From a bacterium (lineage in GTDB: Bacteria; Krumholzibacteriota; Krumholzibacteriia; LZORAL124-64-63), in NCBI GenBank assembly GCA_016719645.1, contig JADJYS010000014.1, positions 69,467 through 133,466 of the forward strand: a stretch of DNA of 64,000 nucleotides, in the 5' to 3' direction. The translations under genes and the position numbers were made by a program. Below are positions 18,233-27,257 of the stretch, piece by piece. The notes beneath the pieces were generated by a model. It saw nothing but the letters and a program-made list of their open reading frames with translations. It searched no databases and was not told where the DNA came from. Positions within the stretch are counted from its first letter, which is position 1. Each line of letters opens with the position of its first letter.

Positions 18233-18712
18233 ATGGCCGTCAAGATCTACAGCGCGCCGTACTACACCACCACGGTGCCGGACATCCCCGGCGAAGCCTG
18301 CCGCCTGCTGTCACGCCTCGCCAGGGACGATGTGAACCTGCTCGCCTTCACGGCCCTGCCGATCGGCACGGGCGAGACCCAGCTCGTCATCTACCCGCTG
18401 AACACGACCTGGCTCGCCGACGTCGCGCGGCGCACCGGCCTGGTGCTCAACGGCCCCCACCACGCGTTCCTGGTGCAGGGGGACGACGAGCTCGGCGCCC
18501 TGGTGAAGATCCACCACCGCCTGTGCGACGCCGACATCAACGTCGCGACCTCGACGGGCCTGGCCGACGGCAAGGGGGGCTACCGCTACCTGCTGCACGT
18601 GCACCCGCAGGACTTCGCCCGGGCGTCGGACGTCCTGGGGGCCACGCACATCCCGTCGCGGTGGGACAATTTCGAGCTGAAGATCCCGCGCCATTTCGAG
18701 GCGTCGATGTAG
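18233..18712 (+). CDS. Hypothetical protein (two ACT-like repeats)
   Basis: GGGAGGG SD. 159 aa of normal composition, with an internal duplication of an ~40-aa unit. Confidence 0.55.
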   Translation: MAVKIYSAPYYTTTVPDIPGEACRLLSRLARDDVNLLAFTALPIGTGETQLVIYPLNTTWLADVARRTGLVLNGPHHAFLVQGDDELGALVKIHHRLCDADINVATSTGLADGKGGYRYLLHVHPQDFARASDVLGATHIPSRWDNFELKIPRHFEASM

Positions 18713-18737
18713 GCGGGTGTCGGCGGGGAGAGGGCGC

Positions 18738-19736
18738 TCAGGCGGCGCGGGCGGCGTGCGCCCGCATGAGGTAGGTCCGCAGTTCCGAATCGGCGAGCCG
18801 GCGGTCCAGCCGGTGCTCGTGACCCATCACGACTTTCAGGATCGGCACCGACGCCCGCTTCAGCAGCGCGCGCAGCGATTCGCGCGCCGCGGGGGTCTGC
18901 TGCACCCAGCGCGACCGCACCAGCAGCAGCGCCATGTGCTCGAGCCAGGCCTGGGCCGGGCTGGCGGTCTCGCGGCCGGCCGGTCCGTGGACGCGGCCGC
19001 GGTCCAGGAACTCGTCGATGAGGCCGTGCGCCTCGTCCACCAGCGCCTCGTGCGAGAGGTGGTCGAGGTGGGTCGATCCCTCGCCGCGCCAGACGGCGGC
19101 CAGGAACTCGGCGGCGGTGCGGCCGGGCGCCGCGGTCCAACCGCGCCCGACGGCGCCGGTGTGGGTGTCCGACGAAGCGGTCAGCGGCAGGCCGCGCTCG
19201 GCGGCCAGGCCGGCGGTGATCAGGTTCTGGGCCGGCGTGCGCGCGGCGTTCAGCTCGAGCACCGGGAAGCGCGCGGCGATCTCCGGCACGCGCGCGAAAT
19301 CGACCTGCCCGCGCCTCAGTTCGGCGCGCTCCCACCACGTCGGATGGTTGTACTGGTAGAGGATGCCGTGCTCGTCGCAGAACAGGCACAGCTCGTCCAG
19401 CGTGCGCACCGCGGCGCGCAGCCGCGCGTAGGTGTCCGGGTCCAGGCCGTAGAGGTTGGTGTGGATCGTGAAGCCGAGGCCCGGGTCCAGCAGGGTGTGC
19501 TCGACGGCGGGGATCACCAGGGCGCGGTCGGCCTCGGGCAGCTCGCGCACCAGCGCCTCCCAGCCGGCCATCGTGTCGTGGTCGGTGAGCGCGAACCAGT
19601 CCAGGCGCCGCTCGGCGTCGGGGTGTCCCAGCGCCGCCTCGAACAGGGCGCGCGGGTGCAGCGCCGCGAGGTCGGGCACGTCGAAGGAGAAGGACGAATG
19701 GACGTGAAGGTCCGCTTTGCCGAAGGTGTCGCGCAT
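18738..19736 (-). CDS. PHP-domain metal-dependent phosphoesterase
   Basis: DLHVHSSFSFD...LTDHD PHP motifs. Downstream of, and co-directional with, the TagD/TagF-like gene. Confidence 0.8.
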   Translation of the reverse strand: MRDTFGKADLHVHSSFSFDVPDLAALHPRALFEAALGHPDAERRLDWFALTDHDTMAGWEALVRELPEADRALVIPAVEHTLLDPGLGFTIHTNLYGLDPDTYARLRAAVRTLDELCLFCDEHGILYQYNHPTWWERAELRRGQVDFARVPEIAARFPVLELNAARTPAQNLITAGLAAERGLPLTASSDTHTGAVGRGWTAAPGRTAAEFLAAVWRGEGSTHLDHLSHEALVDEAHGLIDEFLDRGRVHGPAGRETASPAQAWLEHMALLLVRSRWVQQTPAARESLRALLKRASVPILKVVMGHEHRLDRRLADSELRTYLMRAHAARAA

Positions 19737-19826
19737 GGGGCCTCAAGGTAGGCGGGTTCGGGGGCGGCGCCAGGGATTTTCCCCGTGATCGACGAACTGG
19801 CTCGATCGCAACGCGTTGATTCCTCT

Positions 19827-21350
19827 CTACGCCGGATCCGGCGCCGGGTTCCCCTCCCCGGAGGGCTGATCCTGCAACTCCCTGATCCTGATCGCGATGC
19901 GCCGGGTGGCGAGGCCGTCGACGGCGCCCAGCCGGGCTTCCGCCAGCGCCCGCTGCCGCGGCCGGCGCTCCCCGAGCAGGGCCAGGACCGTGTCGGCCAG
20001 TTCCCGCGGACCGGGCGCGGGCACCACCGCGAGCGTCTCGGCGAGCGATGGCCGCAGCTCCGGCGGCCAGGCCGCGTCCGCGACGCCGCGCACCAGCACC
20101 GCGGGCGTGTCGAAGAGCAGGGCCTCCCAGAACACGCCCGACAGGTCGCCGATGACCGCGCTCGCCTGCGCCACGTGGACGAAGGACCGGCCGTCGGCCG
20201 GCAACACCCGGGCGCCGGCCGCCCGCGCCCAGCGCAGCACGTCCCGCGACGGGGACAGCGGGTGGGGCGCGAGCACGAGGTCCGCGTCGCGCGACAGCCG
20301 CCGCAGGGCCTCGCGCCAGCGGCGCGACATCAGCAGCCCGCGCGGCTCGGCGCGGGGGCCCCAGGTCGGCAGCAGCAGGATCCGCGGCCGGCCGGCCGGC
20401 GGCGGGTTGGTGAACGAGCCGCCGTCGCGCAGGAACCCGTCGCAGTGCAGGTAGGCGTCGGGCGCGAACGACCAGTCGTGGACGGTCAGGTTGCCGGCCG
20501 CGAGCGGCGCGCGGCGGCGGGCCGCGTCGGCGCTCGTGCCCGGCTTGCCGCTGCGCCCGTGCGAGAGCGCGACCAGCGCGATCGGCCGCGGCGAATCGCG
20601 CAGCACCGGCGCCATGGCGTCGAAATTGAAGTGGGCGGTGACGATCACGTCCAAGCCGTAGTGCGCGATCGAAGCCGCGGCGGCGGCCGCTTCCTGGTCC
20701 TCGCGCAGCAGGGCGCAGGGCGCGTCCGGGAAGTGCCGGCGCACCAGCTCGCGCCCGCCCTCGCCCACGAACCAGACGCCGCCGATCTGCGCGTAGAGGT
20801 CCCGCAGGTGGTCGAAGATGTGGGTCCGGCTCCAGTCCGGGCGGCTGCTGTACAGCCACCAGCCCACGTCGGGCACCGCGGCCCGCAGCCGCGTGCTGTC
20901 GATCCCGGGAGTGTGCGGCAGCAGCACGAGCTGCAGGCCGAGCCGCGCGATGAGTTCCTCGCCCCAGCGCCGCCGGTAGGCGGCGGGATCCCAGTCGTCG
21001 CCGTGGAAGACGAGCTTCACCCCGTGATCGCGGCACAGCCGGGCCCGGTCGCTGCTGACGACCACCGCGTGCGCGATCCCCAGGGCGCGGATCGCGGCCG
21101 CGCGCTCGAGCTCGGAATTGGCGGGCTGGACGCCCTTGTAGCGGCGCACTTCCTCGTCGGTGTGCACGCCGACCACCAGGCGGTCGCACATCCCGGCCGC
21201 GCGCCGCAGCAGGTTGAGATGCCCCTCGTGGCAGAAGTCGAACACGCCGAGCGTGAGGCCCACCACGGGCCGGCTCCGCACCCGCCGGGCGAAGCCGAAC
21301 CACCCGCGGCGGCTCTCCGGCGGGACTGCGATGTGACCGTGGTTCGTCAT
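19827..21350 (-). CDS. Fusion protein: N-terminal cytidylyltransferase (TagD-like, HxGH) + C-terminal CDP-glycerol glycerophosphotransferase (TagB/TagF-like)
   Basis: GVFDFCHEGHLNLL and ...GIDSTRL in the N-domain. C-domain ~300 aa with the TagF-like LLLPTWGPR...LAPHP pattern. Confidence 0.75.
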   Translation of the reverse strand: MTNHGHIAVPPESRRGWFGFARRVRSRPVVGLTLGVFDFCHEGHLNLLRRAAGMCDRLVVGVHTDEEVRRYKGVQPANSELERAAAIRALGIAHAVVVSSDRARLCRDHGVKLVFHGDDWDPAAYRRRWGEELIARLGLQLVLLPHTPGIDSTRLRAAVPDVGWWLYSSRPDWSRTHIFDHLRDLYAQIGGVWFVGEGGRELVRRHFPDAPCALLREDQEAAAAAASIAHYGLDVIVTAHFNFDAMAPVLRDSPRPIALVALSHGRSGKPGTSADAARRRAPLAAGNLTVHDWSFAPDAYLHCDGFLRDGGSFTNPPPAGRPRILLLPTWGPRAEPRGLLMSRRWREALRRLSRDADLVLAPHPLSPSRDVLRWARAAGARVLPADGRSFVHVAQASAVIGDLSGVFWEALLFDTPAVLVRGVADAAWPPELRPSLAETLAVVPAPGPRELADTVLALLGERRPRQRALAEARLGAVDGLATRRIAIRIRELQDQPSGEGNPAPDPA

Positions 21351-21457
21351 GTCCTCTTGGTTATCGGCCGCCGCGGGCCGCGATCAAGTCCCCTCTTGCG
21401 CCTGCCGGGACCCGGCGGCATCCTCTTGCCGGACCACCGGTTCCAGGAGTCGACGAC

Positions 21458-22177
21458 ATGTGCGGACGCTTCACGCTGACCCTGACGCCCGAGGAGACCG
21501 CCCGGCTGCTGGCCCTGGACGCCGCGCTGGACGCCGCGCTCGGCCTGCGCCCCCGCTGGAACATCGCCCCCGGCCAGGACCTCCCGGCCGCCGTCCAGGA
21601 ATCCCCGGACGCGCCGCGCACCCTGCGCAACCTGAACTGGGGCCTGGTGCCGCGCTGGTCGCGCGGCCCCGCCGACGGCATCCGCCCGATCAACGCCCGC
21701 GCCGAGACGGCGGCCGACAAGCCGGCGTTCCGGGATGCCTTCCAGCGCCGCCGCTGCCTGATCCCCGCCGACGGCTTCTACGAGTGGCAGCGCATGGGCG
21801 GCCGGAAGCAGCCCTGGCTCTTCCGCCTCAAGGACGAACCCGGCTTCGCGATGGCCGGCCTCTGGGAAACCTGGACGCCGCCGGCAGGCTCCCCCCTGCA
21901 CACCTGCGCCCTGCTGACCACCGACGCCAACGACCTCATGCGCCCCATCCACGACCGCATGCCCGTCATCCTGCACCGCGCCGATTTCGAAGCCTGGCTC
22001 ACCGCCGCACCCGAAGCCGCCCCCGCCCTGCACGACCTCCTGCGCCCCTACCCCGCCGACCAGATGACCGCCTGGCCCGTCTCCCCCCTCGTCAACGCCC
22101 CAAGCAACGACGGCCCCCAACTCGCCGAACCCTGCGAGCCGACAGATCCCGGCGAGCAGTACCGCCTGCTCGACTGA
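21458..22177 (+). CDS. SOS response-associated peptidase (SRAP/YedK, abasic-site processing protein)
   Basis: N-terminal MCGRF (catalytic Cys2). WNIAPGQ, FYEWQ and LWETW motifs. Confidence 0.9.
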   Translation: MCGRFTLTLTPEETARLLALDAALDAALGLRPRWNIAPGQDLPAAVQESPDAPRTLRNLNWGLVPRWSRGPADGIRPINARAETAADKPAFRDAFQRRRCLIPADGFYEWQRMGGRKQPWLFRLKDEPGFAMAGLWETWTPPAGSPLHTCALLTTDANDLMRPIHDRMPVILHRADFEAWLTAAPEAAPALHDLLRPYPADQMTAWPVSPLVNAPSNDGPQLAEPCEPTDPGEQYRLLD

Positions 22178-22212
22178 CCACTGCCCGCTCCTGATCGGGC
22201 AATCCTTCCCGT

Positions 22213-22400
22213 CCCTTCTGCATGGATCACCTCGCTCTGTTCATCCACACCCGTTCCGTCGGGGGTGTCGAGAGGGTTCCGGCGCCAGGAGGGCGCCGGA
22301 GCCCGAACGCCAAGCGCGCCGGGCACAGGACGTGCCCGGCGCGCGCCCCCCGACGGGACGGGTATGGACGAACAGAGCGCAGGAAATCCATGCAGAAGGA
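22213..22400. repeat. MITE/REP-like structured repeat, copy 2 (opposite orientation, ~50-bp imperfect terminal inverted repeats)
   Basis: Contains CCGGCGCCaggaGGGCGCCGG and GCCGGGCACaggacGTGCCCGGC hairpins. Its reverse complement aligns at ~88% to the core of 12347..12492. Lies between the convergent stops of SRAP and pyk. Confidence 0.6.
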
Positions 22401-22418
22401 CCCGGGACGATCTCCCGA

Positions 22419-23843
22419 TCAGGAGCGAGCAGGCACCGTGACGATCTTGATGAGGTTGGTGCGCCCCGCCTCGTGCAGCGGCAGCCCGGCGGTAACAACG
22501 ACGGAGTCGCCCGGCGCGACGTGCCCGGCATCGAGGGCCAGGCGCAGGGCGTCGCGCTCCATCTCCTCGAGCGTGTCGCCCTCGGGGGAGAAGAAGGGCA
22601 GCGCGCCCCAGACCAGGGCCAGGCGGCGGCAGATGGCGGCGTTGTCGGTCATCGCCAGCAGCGGCTGCGGCGGGCGCGACTTGGCGACCAGGCGGGTGGT
22701 GCTGCCGCTGGTGGTCATGGTGATGATGGCGGCGGCGCCGATCTCGGCGGCCATGCGGCAGGCGGCGCGGGCCACGGCCTCGTCGCTGTTCAGGCCCGCG
22801 TGCGGGGGGAAGCGCGAGTTCCAGCCGGCGTAGGGGAAGGACTCCTCCGCGCTCGCGGCGATGCGCGCCATGGTGCGCACGGCCTCCACCGGGTAGAGGC
22901 CGACGGCGGTCTCCTCCGAGAGCATCACCGCGTCGCTGCCGTCGAGGATGGCGTTGGCCACGTCCGAGACCTCGGCGCGCGTGGGGCGCGGGCTCTCGAC
23001 CATCGAGCGCAGCATCTGCGTGGCCGTGATGACGGGCACGCCCGCGTCGTTGGCCTTGTAGATCAGGGATTTCTGCACGCCGGGCACGCGCTCCAGCGGG
23101 ATCTCGACGCCCAGGTCGCCGCGGGCCACCATCAGCCCGTCGACCACCTGCAGGATCTCGTCGATGTTCGCGATGGCTTCGCGCTGCTCGATCTTGGCGA
23201 CGATGGGCCGCCGGGTCCCGATGTCGTCCATCGCGGCGCGGCAGGCCAGGACGTCCGACGCGTTGCGCACGAACGACAGGGCCACGTAGTCGACGTTCTC
23301 GGCCAGCCCGAAGCGCAGGTCCTCCAGGTCCTTGTCGTCGAGGATCGGGGCGCTGATCGTGCCGCTCGGCAGGTTGATCCCCTTGTTCGCGCTCAGCTCG
23401 CCGCCGGCCTCGACGCGGCAGACGACGTCCGGCCCGTCGACCTTCTCCACCTTCAGGCAGAGGGCGCCGTCGGCCAGCAGCAGCGTGTCGCCGACGACGA
23501 CGTCGCCGGGCAGGCCCTTGTAGCCGACCGACACCTCGCGATCGTCGCCGGGCACGTCGCGCGCGGTCAGGGTGAACAGGTCGCCCCGGCGCAGCGTCAC
23601 CGGTCCGTCCGCGAAGCCGCCGATGCGGATCTTCGGGCCGGCGAGGTCCTGCAGGATGGCCACCGGGCGCCCGGCCTCGTCGGCCGCGGCCCGCACGTCG
23701 CGGATGGCCCGGCGCTTCACGTCCAGCGTGCCGTGGCTGAAGTTCAGGCGCACGACGTCCAGGCCGGCGCGGACCAGCTCGAGCAGGACGGCCGGATCGC
23801 GGGTGGCCGGGCCCAGCGTGGCGACGATCTTGGTGCGGCGCAT
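22419..23843 (-). CDS. pyk: Pyruvate kinase
   Basis: MRRTKIVATLGPAT...NFSHG...MVARGDLGVEIP...; 474 aa. Confidence 0.95.
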   Translation of the reverse strand: MRRTKIVATLGPATRDPAVLLELVRAGLDVVRLNFSHGTLDVKRRAIRDVRAAADEAGRPVAILQDLAGPKIRIGGFADGPVTLRRGDLFTLTARDVPGDDREVSVGYKGLPGDVVVGDTLLLADGALCLKVEKVDGPDVVCRVEAGGELSANKGINLPSGTISAPILDDKDLEDLRFGLAENVDYVALSFVRNASDVLACRAAMDDIGTRRPIVAKIEQREAIANIDEILQVVDGLMVARGDLGVEIPLERVPGVQKSLIYKANDAGVPVITATQMLRSMVESPRPTRAEVSDVANAILDGSDAVMLSEETAVGLYPVEAVRTMARIAASAEESFPYAGWNSRFPPHAGLNSDEAVARAACRMAAEIGAAAIITMTTSGSTTRLVAKSRPPQPLLAMTDNAAICRRLALVWGALPFFSPEGDTLEEMERDALRLALDAGHVAPGDSVVVTAGLPLHEAGRTNLIKIVTVPARS

Positions 23844-23852
23844 CGGTGCTCC

Positions 23853-24803
23853 TCAGTCGGTGGCGGAAGGGGGCGCGCCGGCGTCGGACGGCCACAGCCG
23901 CCACTCCTCGCCGTACTGGGCCAGGAACTCCGGGCCCAGGGCGCGGGCCGTGACGTAGACCGGCAGCAGGATGACGGTCCCCAGGTAGGGGATCGCCAGC
24001 ACGAGCCAGCCCACGCAGCAGGTCGCCAGCCCCAGCGCGCCGATCGCGACGCCGACGCCCACGGCCAGCAGCAGCCAGAACAGCGCGAACACGACGGCCT
24101 GGTCGACGTGCGCGCGCACCAGCGGCAGCACGCGGCGCCAGGCCGCCAGCACGCCGGTGCCGTCGCGGTACATCACCGGCACGACGAACTGGTCGGTCCA
24201 GAAGGAGACCAGCGCGGCCGCGATCGCCAGCAGGATCCCGAACATCGCCAGCACGATCGCGCCCGCGATGCCCAGGCCGCGCAGGCTCTCGCTGGCGATC
24301 GCGCCGATCACCACCAGCAGGCCCGGCAGGATCAGGGCCAGCGCGCAGAAGCCGGCCGCGACCTGGAAGGCCAGGCGCCACAGGAAGAGCGAGTCGCCCT
24401 GGCGCGCGTACCGCCGCCACGGCTCGCCGACCCGGGCGCGCCGGTGCACGACGTTGTCCAGGAAGCAGAACTCGCCGCGGGAGCTCACCCAGGTCAGCAG
24501 CACCGCCAGCAGCAGCGCCAGCACGCCCAGCCCGGCCAGGATCCCCAGGCCGAGCCCGCCGAGCTCGTGGCCGAAGAAGTCGAGGTGGCGCAGCTCGTCC
24601 AGGTTCGTCACCCGCCAGTCCCGGTTCTTGATGTTGACGAGGTCGCGGTCCCAGGAGCCGCCCAGGCCGGCGTTGTCCCAGAGGCGGGCCAGCCAGGCCG
24701 TGAATCCCAGCACGAACCAGGTCTCGAGGCTCGCGCCCGACAGGAGCATGGCGCGGGAGCGCGCCCAGGCCCGCTGCAGCGGCGCCGCGTAGCCGATGTT
24801 CAT
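23853..24803 (-). CDS. Integral membrane protein of unknown function
   Basis: Several hydrophobic helices. Lies 10 bp upstream of pyk on the same strand. Start chosen at MNIGY (24803). Confidence 0.6.
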   Translation of the reverse strand: MNIGYAAPLQRAWARSRAMLLSGASLETWFVLGFTAWLARLWDNAGLGGSWDRDLVNIKNRDWRVTNLDELRHLDFFGHELGGLGLGILAGLGVLALLLAVLLTWVSSRGEFCFLDNVVHRRARVGEPWRRYARQGDSLFLWRLAFQVAAGFCALALILPGLLVVIGAIASESLRGLGIAGAIVLAMFGILLAIAAALVSFWTDQFVVPVMYRDGTGVLAAWRRVLPLVRAHVDQAVVFALFWLLLAVGVGVAIGALGLATCCVGWLVLAIPYLGTVILLPVYVTARALGPEFLAQYGEEWRLWPSDAGAPPSATD

Positions 24804-24907
24804 GGTCCAACCCCCTGCTTGCGGAAGGGACGGCAACGGTGCGATGATTCCACGTCCGGCCCCTCGGATCAATCACCATTCGCCGCGCCGCAACCCGGGA
24901 GACCGCC

Positions 24908-25783
24908 TTGGGAGAGTTCTACGCCCTGCTGTGCGCCGTGATCTGGGCGGTCGCGGTCATCCTGCTGAAGCGCTCGGGCGAGACCGTCTCCCCCTTCGCC
25001 CTGAACCTGTTCCGGGTCGGGATCAGCAGCGCGCTGCTGGTCGCCACGACGCTGGCGTCGGGCCAGGGGCTGGTGCGCGACGCGCCGCTGCGCGACGTGC
25101 TGGTCCTGATGGCCAGCGGCATCATCGCCATCGCGGTGGCCGACACCCTCTTCCACCGCTGCCTGAACATCGTCGGGGCGGGCGTCACCGCCATCGTCGA
25201 CTGCCTGTACTCGCCGCTGGTGGTGCTGTTCGCGTTCCTGCTGATCGGCGAGCACCTGAACGCCTGGCAGCTGGCGGGCATGGTGACGGTCATCGCCGCG
25301 GTGCTGATCGCCTCCGGGCACCCCGCCCCGCCCGGCCTGCCGCGGCGGGCGCTGCTGAAGGGGGCGCTGATGGGCATGGCCGCCATGGCCGCCGTCGCCC
25401 TGGGCGTGGTCATCGCCAAGCCGGTCCTGGAGCGCCAGCCCGTGCTGTGGTCCACGACCGTGCGGCAGCTCGGCGCCCTGGCGGTGATGGTGCCGATGGC
25501 CCTGGCCTCGCCGCAGCGCCGGCGCTACCTGGGCGTGTTCCGGCCCGACCCCTCCTGGCGCTTCAGCCTGCCGGCCACGATCCTGGGCTCGTACCTGGCG
25601 CTGATGTTCTGGCTGGCCGGCATGAAGTACACCCAGGCCGGCGCCGCCGCGATCCTGAACCAGACCAGCACGATCTACGTGCTGATCCTGGCCTCGTTCT
25701 TCCTGCACGAGCCGTTCACGCGGCGCAAGCTGGCGGCCTCGGCGCTGGCGGTCGCCGGGATCCTGATGGTCACCCTGAGCTGA
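24908..25783 (+). CDS. DMT-superfamily transporter (EamA-like)
   Basis: Ten predicted TM helices. TTG start in the track ORF. Confidence 0.75.
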   Translation: MGEFYALLCAVIWAVAVILLKRSGETVSPFALNLFRVGISSALLVATTLASGQGLVRDAPLRDVLVLMASGIIAIAVADTLFHRCLNIVGAGVTAIVDCLYSPLVVLFAFLLIGEHLNAWQLAGMVTVIAAVLIASGHPAPPGLPRRALLKGALMGMAAMAAVALGVVIAKPVLERQPVLWSTTVRQLGALAVMVPMALASPQRRRYLGVFRPDPSWRFSLPATILGSYLALMFWLAGMKYTQAGAAAILNQTSTIYVLILASFFLHEPFTRRKLAASALAVAGILMVTLS

Positions 25784-25929
25784 CGGGCGGGCGCACCGCC
25801 CCGGAGGACCGATGACGCACCCGCACTCCGCACCGGCCCGCGCCGCCGCGTTCCTGATCGCGCTGGGAGGTCTCATGACGAACGACGCCGTGCCCGCCCG
25901 CGCCGCCGCGGCTCCCGCCCCGGCCCCCG

Positions 25930-27186
25930 GTGGAGCGCATCGTCGCCGCCGCGCTGGCCGACAGCTCCGCCTTCGCCCTGCTGGCCGACCTCTGCGACAC
26001 CGCGGGCTCGCGCCTGAACGGGTCGGAGGGCCAGCGCCGCGCCGTCGCCTGGGCCCTGGACCGCCTGCGCGCGGGCGGCCTGGACGGCGTGCGCGCCGAG
26101 CCCGTCATGGTGCCGCACTGGGTGCGCGGCCGCGAGTCCTGCACGCTGCTGGAACCCTACGAGCAGCCGCTGACGCTGCTGGGGCTGGGCGGCAGCGTGG
26201 GCACGCCGCCGGGCGGGATCGCGGCCGAGGTCCTGGCCGTGCGCGACTTCGACGAGCTGGAGGCGCGCGCCGCCGAGGCCGCCGGGCGCCTCGTGCTGTT
26301 CGATCCGCCGTGGGAGGGCTACGGCAAGACCGTGCAGTACCGGGGCCGCGGCGCCGTCGCCGCCGCCCGCCACGGCGCCGTCGGCTGCCTGATCCGCTCG
26401 GTCACCGACCGCAGCCTGGCCACGCCGCACACCGGCATCATGCGCTACGACAAAGGCGACACCATCCCGCGGATCCCCGCCGCCGCCCTGAGCGTGGAGG
26501 ACGCCGCGCTGCTGACGCGGCTCGCGCGCCGCGGGCCCGTGCGCGTGCGCCTGGAGATGGGCGCCGCGCAGCTGCCCGACGCGCCGAGCGCCAACGTGGT
26601 CGCCGACCTGACCGGCCGCGAGCTGCCGGACGAGATCGTCCTGGCCGGCGCCCACCTCGACTCGTGGGACGCCGGCAGCGGCGCCCACGACGACGGCGCC
26701 GGCTGCGCCATCGTCATGGAGGCCGCCTTCCTGCTGAAGCGGCTGGGCCTCGCGCCCCGCCGCACGCTGCGCGTGGTGCTCTTCGCCGACGAGGAGATGA
26801 CCCAGCAGGGCGGCCGCGGCTACGCCCGCGACCACGCCGGGGAGCTGCCGCGGCACCGCGCGGCCCTGGAGTGCGATTCGGGGGGCTTCGCTCCGGCCGG
26901 CTTCACGGTCCAGGCCGACTCCGCGACGGTCGCCCGCTTCGCCGCGCTGGCCGCACCCCTGGCGCCGCTGGGCGCGGACGCGGTGACCCCGGGCGGCGGC
27001 GGCGTGGACATCTCGTTCCTGGCCGACGCCGGCGTGCCGCTGATCGGCCACCGCGTCCACGGCGAGCGCTACTTCGACGTCCACCACAGCCCGGCCGACA
27101 CGCTGGACAAGGTCGATCCCGCGGACCTGCAGCGGAACGTGGCCGCGGTCGCGGCGCTGCTGTGGCTGATCGCCGAGGCGCCCTAG
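25930..27186 (+). CDS. M28-family metallopeptidase (aminopeptidase)
   Basis: HLDSWDAGSGAHDDGAGCA and FADEEM motifs. GTG start. A signal-peptide-like ORF (25812..) lies in the adjacent frame upstream (see findings). Confidence 0.8.
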   Translation: MERIVAAALADSSAFALLADLCDTAGSRLNGSEGQRRAVAWALDRLRAGGLDGVRAEPVMVPHWVRGRESCTLLEPYEQPLTLLGLGGSVGTPPGGIAAEVLAVRDFDELEARAAEAAGRLVLFDPPWEGYGKTVQYRGRGAVAAARHGAVGCLIRSVTDRSLATPHTGIMRYDKGDTIPRIPAAALSVEDAALLTRLARRGPVRVRLEMGAAQLPDAPSANVVADLTGRELPDEIVLAGAHLDSWDAGSGAHDDGAGCAIVMEAAFLLKRLGLAPRRTLRVVLFADEEMTQQGGRGYARDHAGELPRHRAALECDSGGFAPAGFTVQADSATVARFAALAAPLAPLGADAVTPGGGGVDISFLADAGVPLIGHRVHGERYFDVHHSPADTLDKVDPADLQRNVAAVAALLWLIAEAP

Positions 27187-27257
27187 GCCCCGGGCGGGTT
27201 GACCGGCGCGCCGCCGTGGTCCATGCTCGCCGGGCACCCCCACCCGGAGGATCCGCC

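Noticed and set aside
15414-21479. Long ORFs 15414..18203(-), 15572..18232(+ upstream part), 18586..21303(-), 19785..21479(+), 21347..22194
   Set aside because: Mirror or alternative frames of the protease, PHP, TagDF and SRAP genes. Biased composition and no SD/start context.
22048-27243. ORFs 22048..24879(-), 22332..24941(+), 24869..25876(-), 25873..27243(-), 26903..27526(-)
   Set aside because: Overlap pyk, the membrane protein, DMT transporter and M28 peptidase in wrong frames. Arg/Pro-rich.
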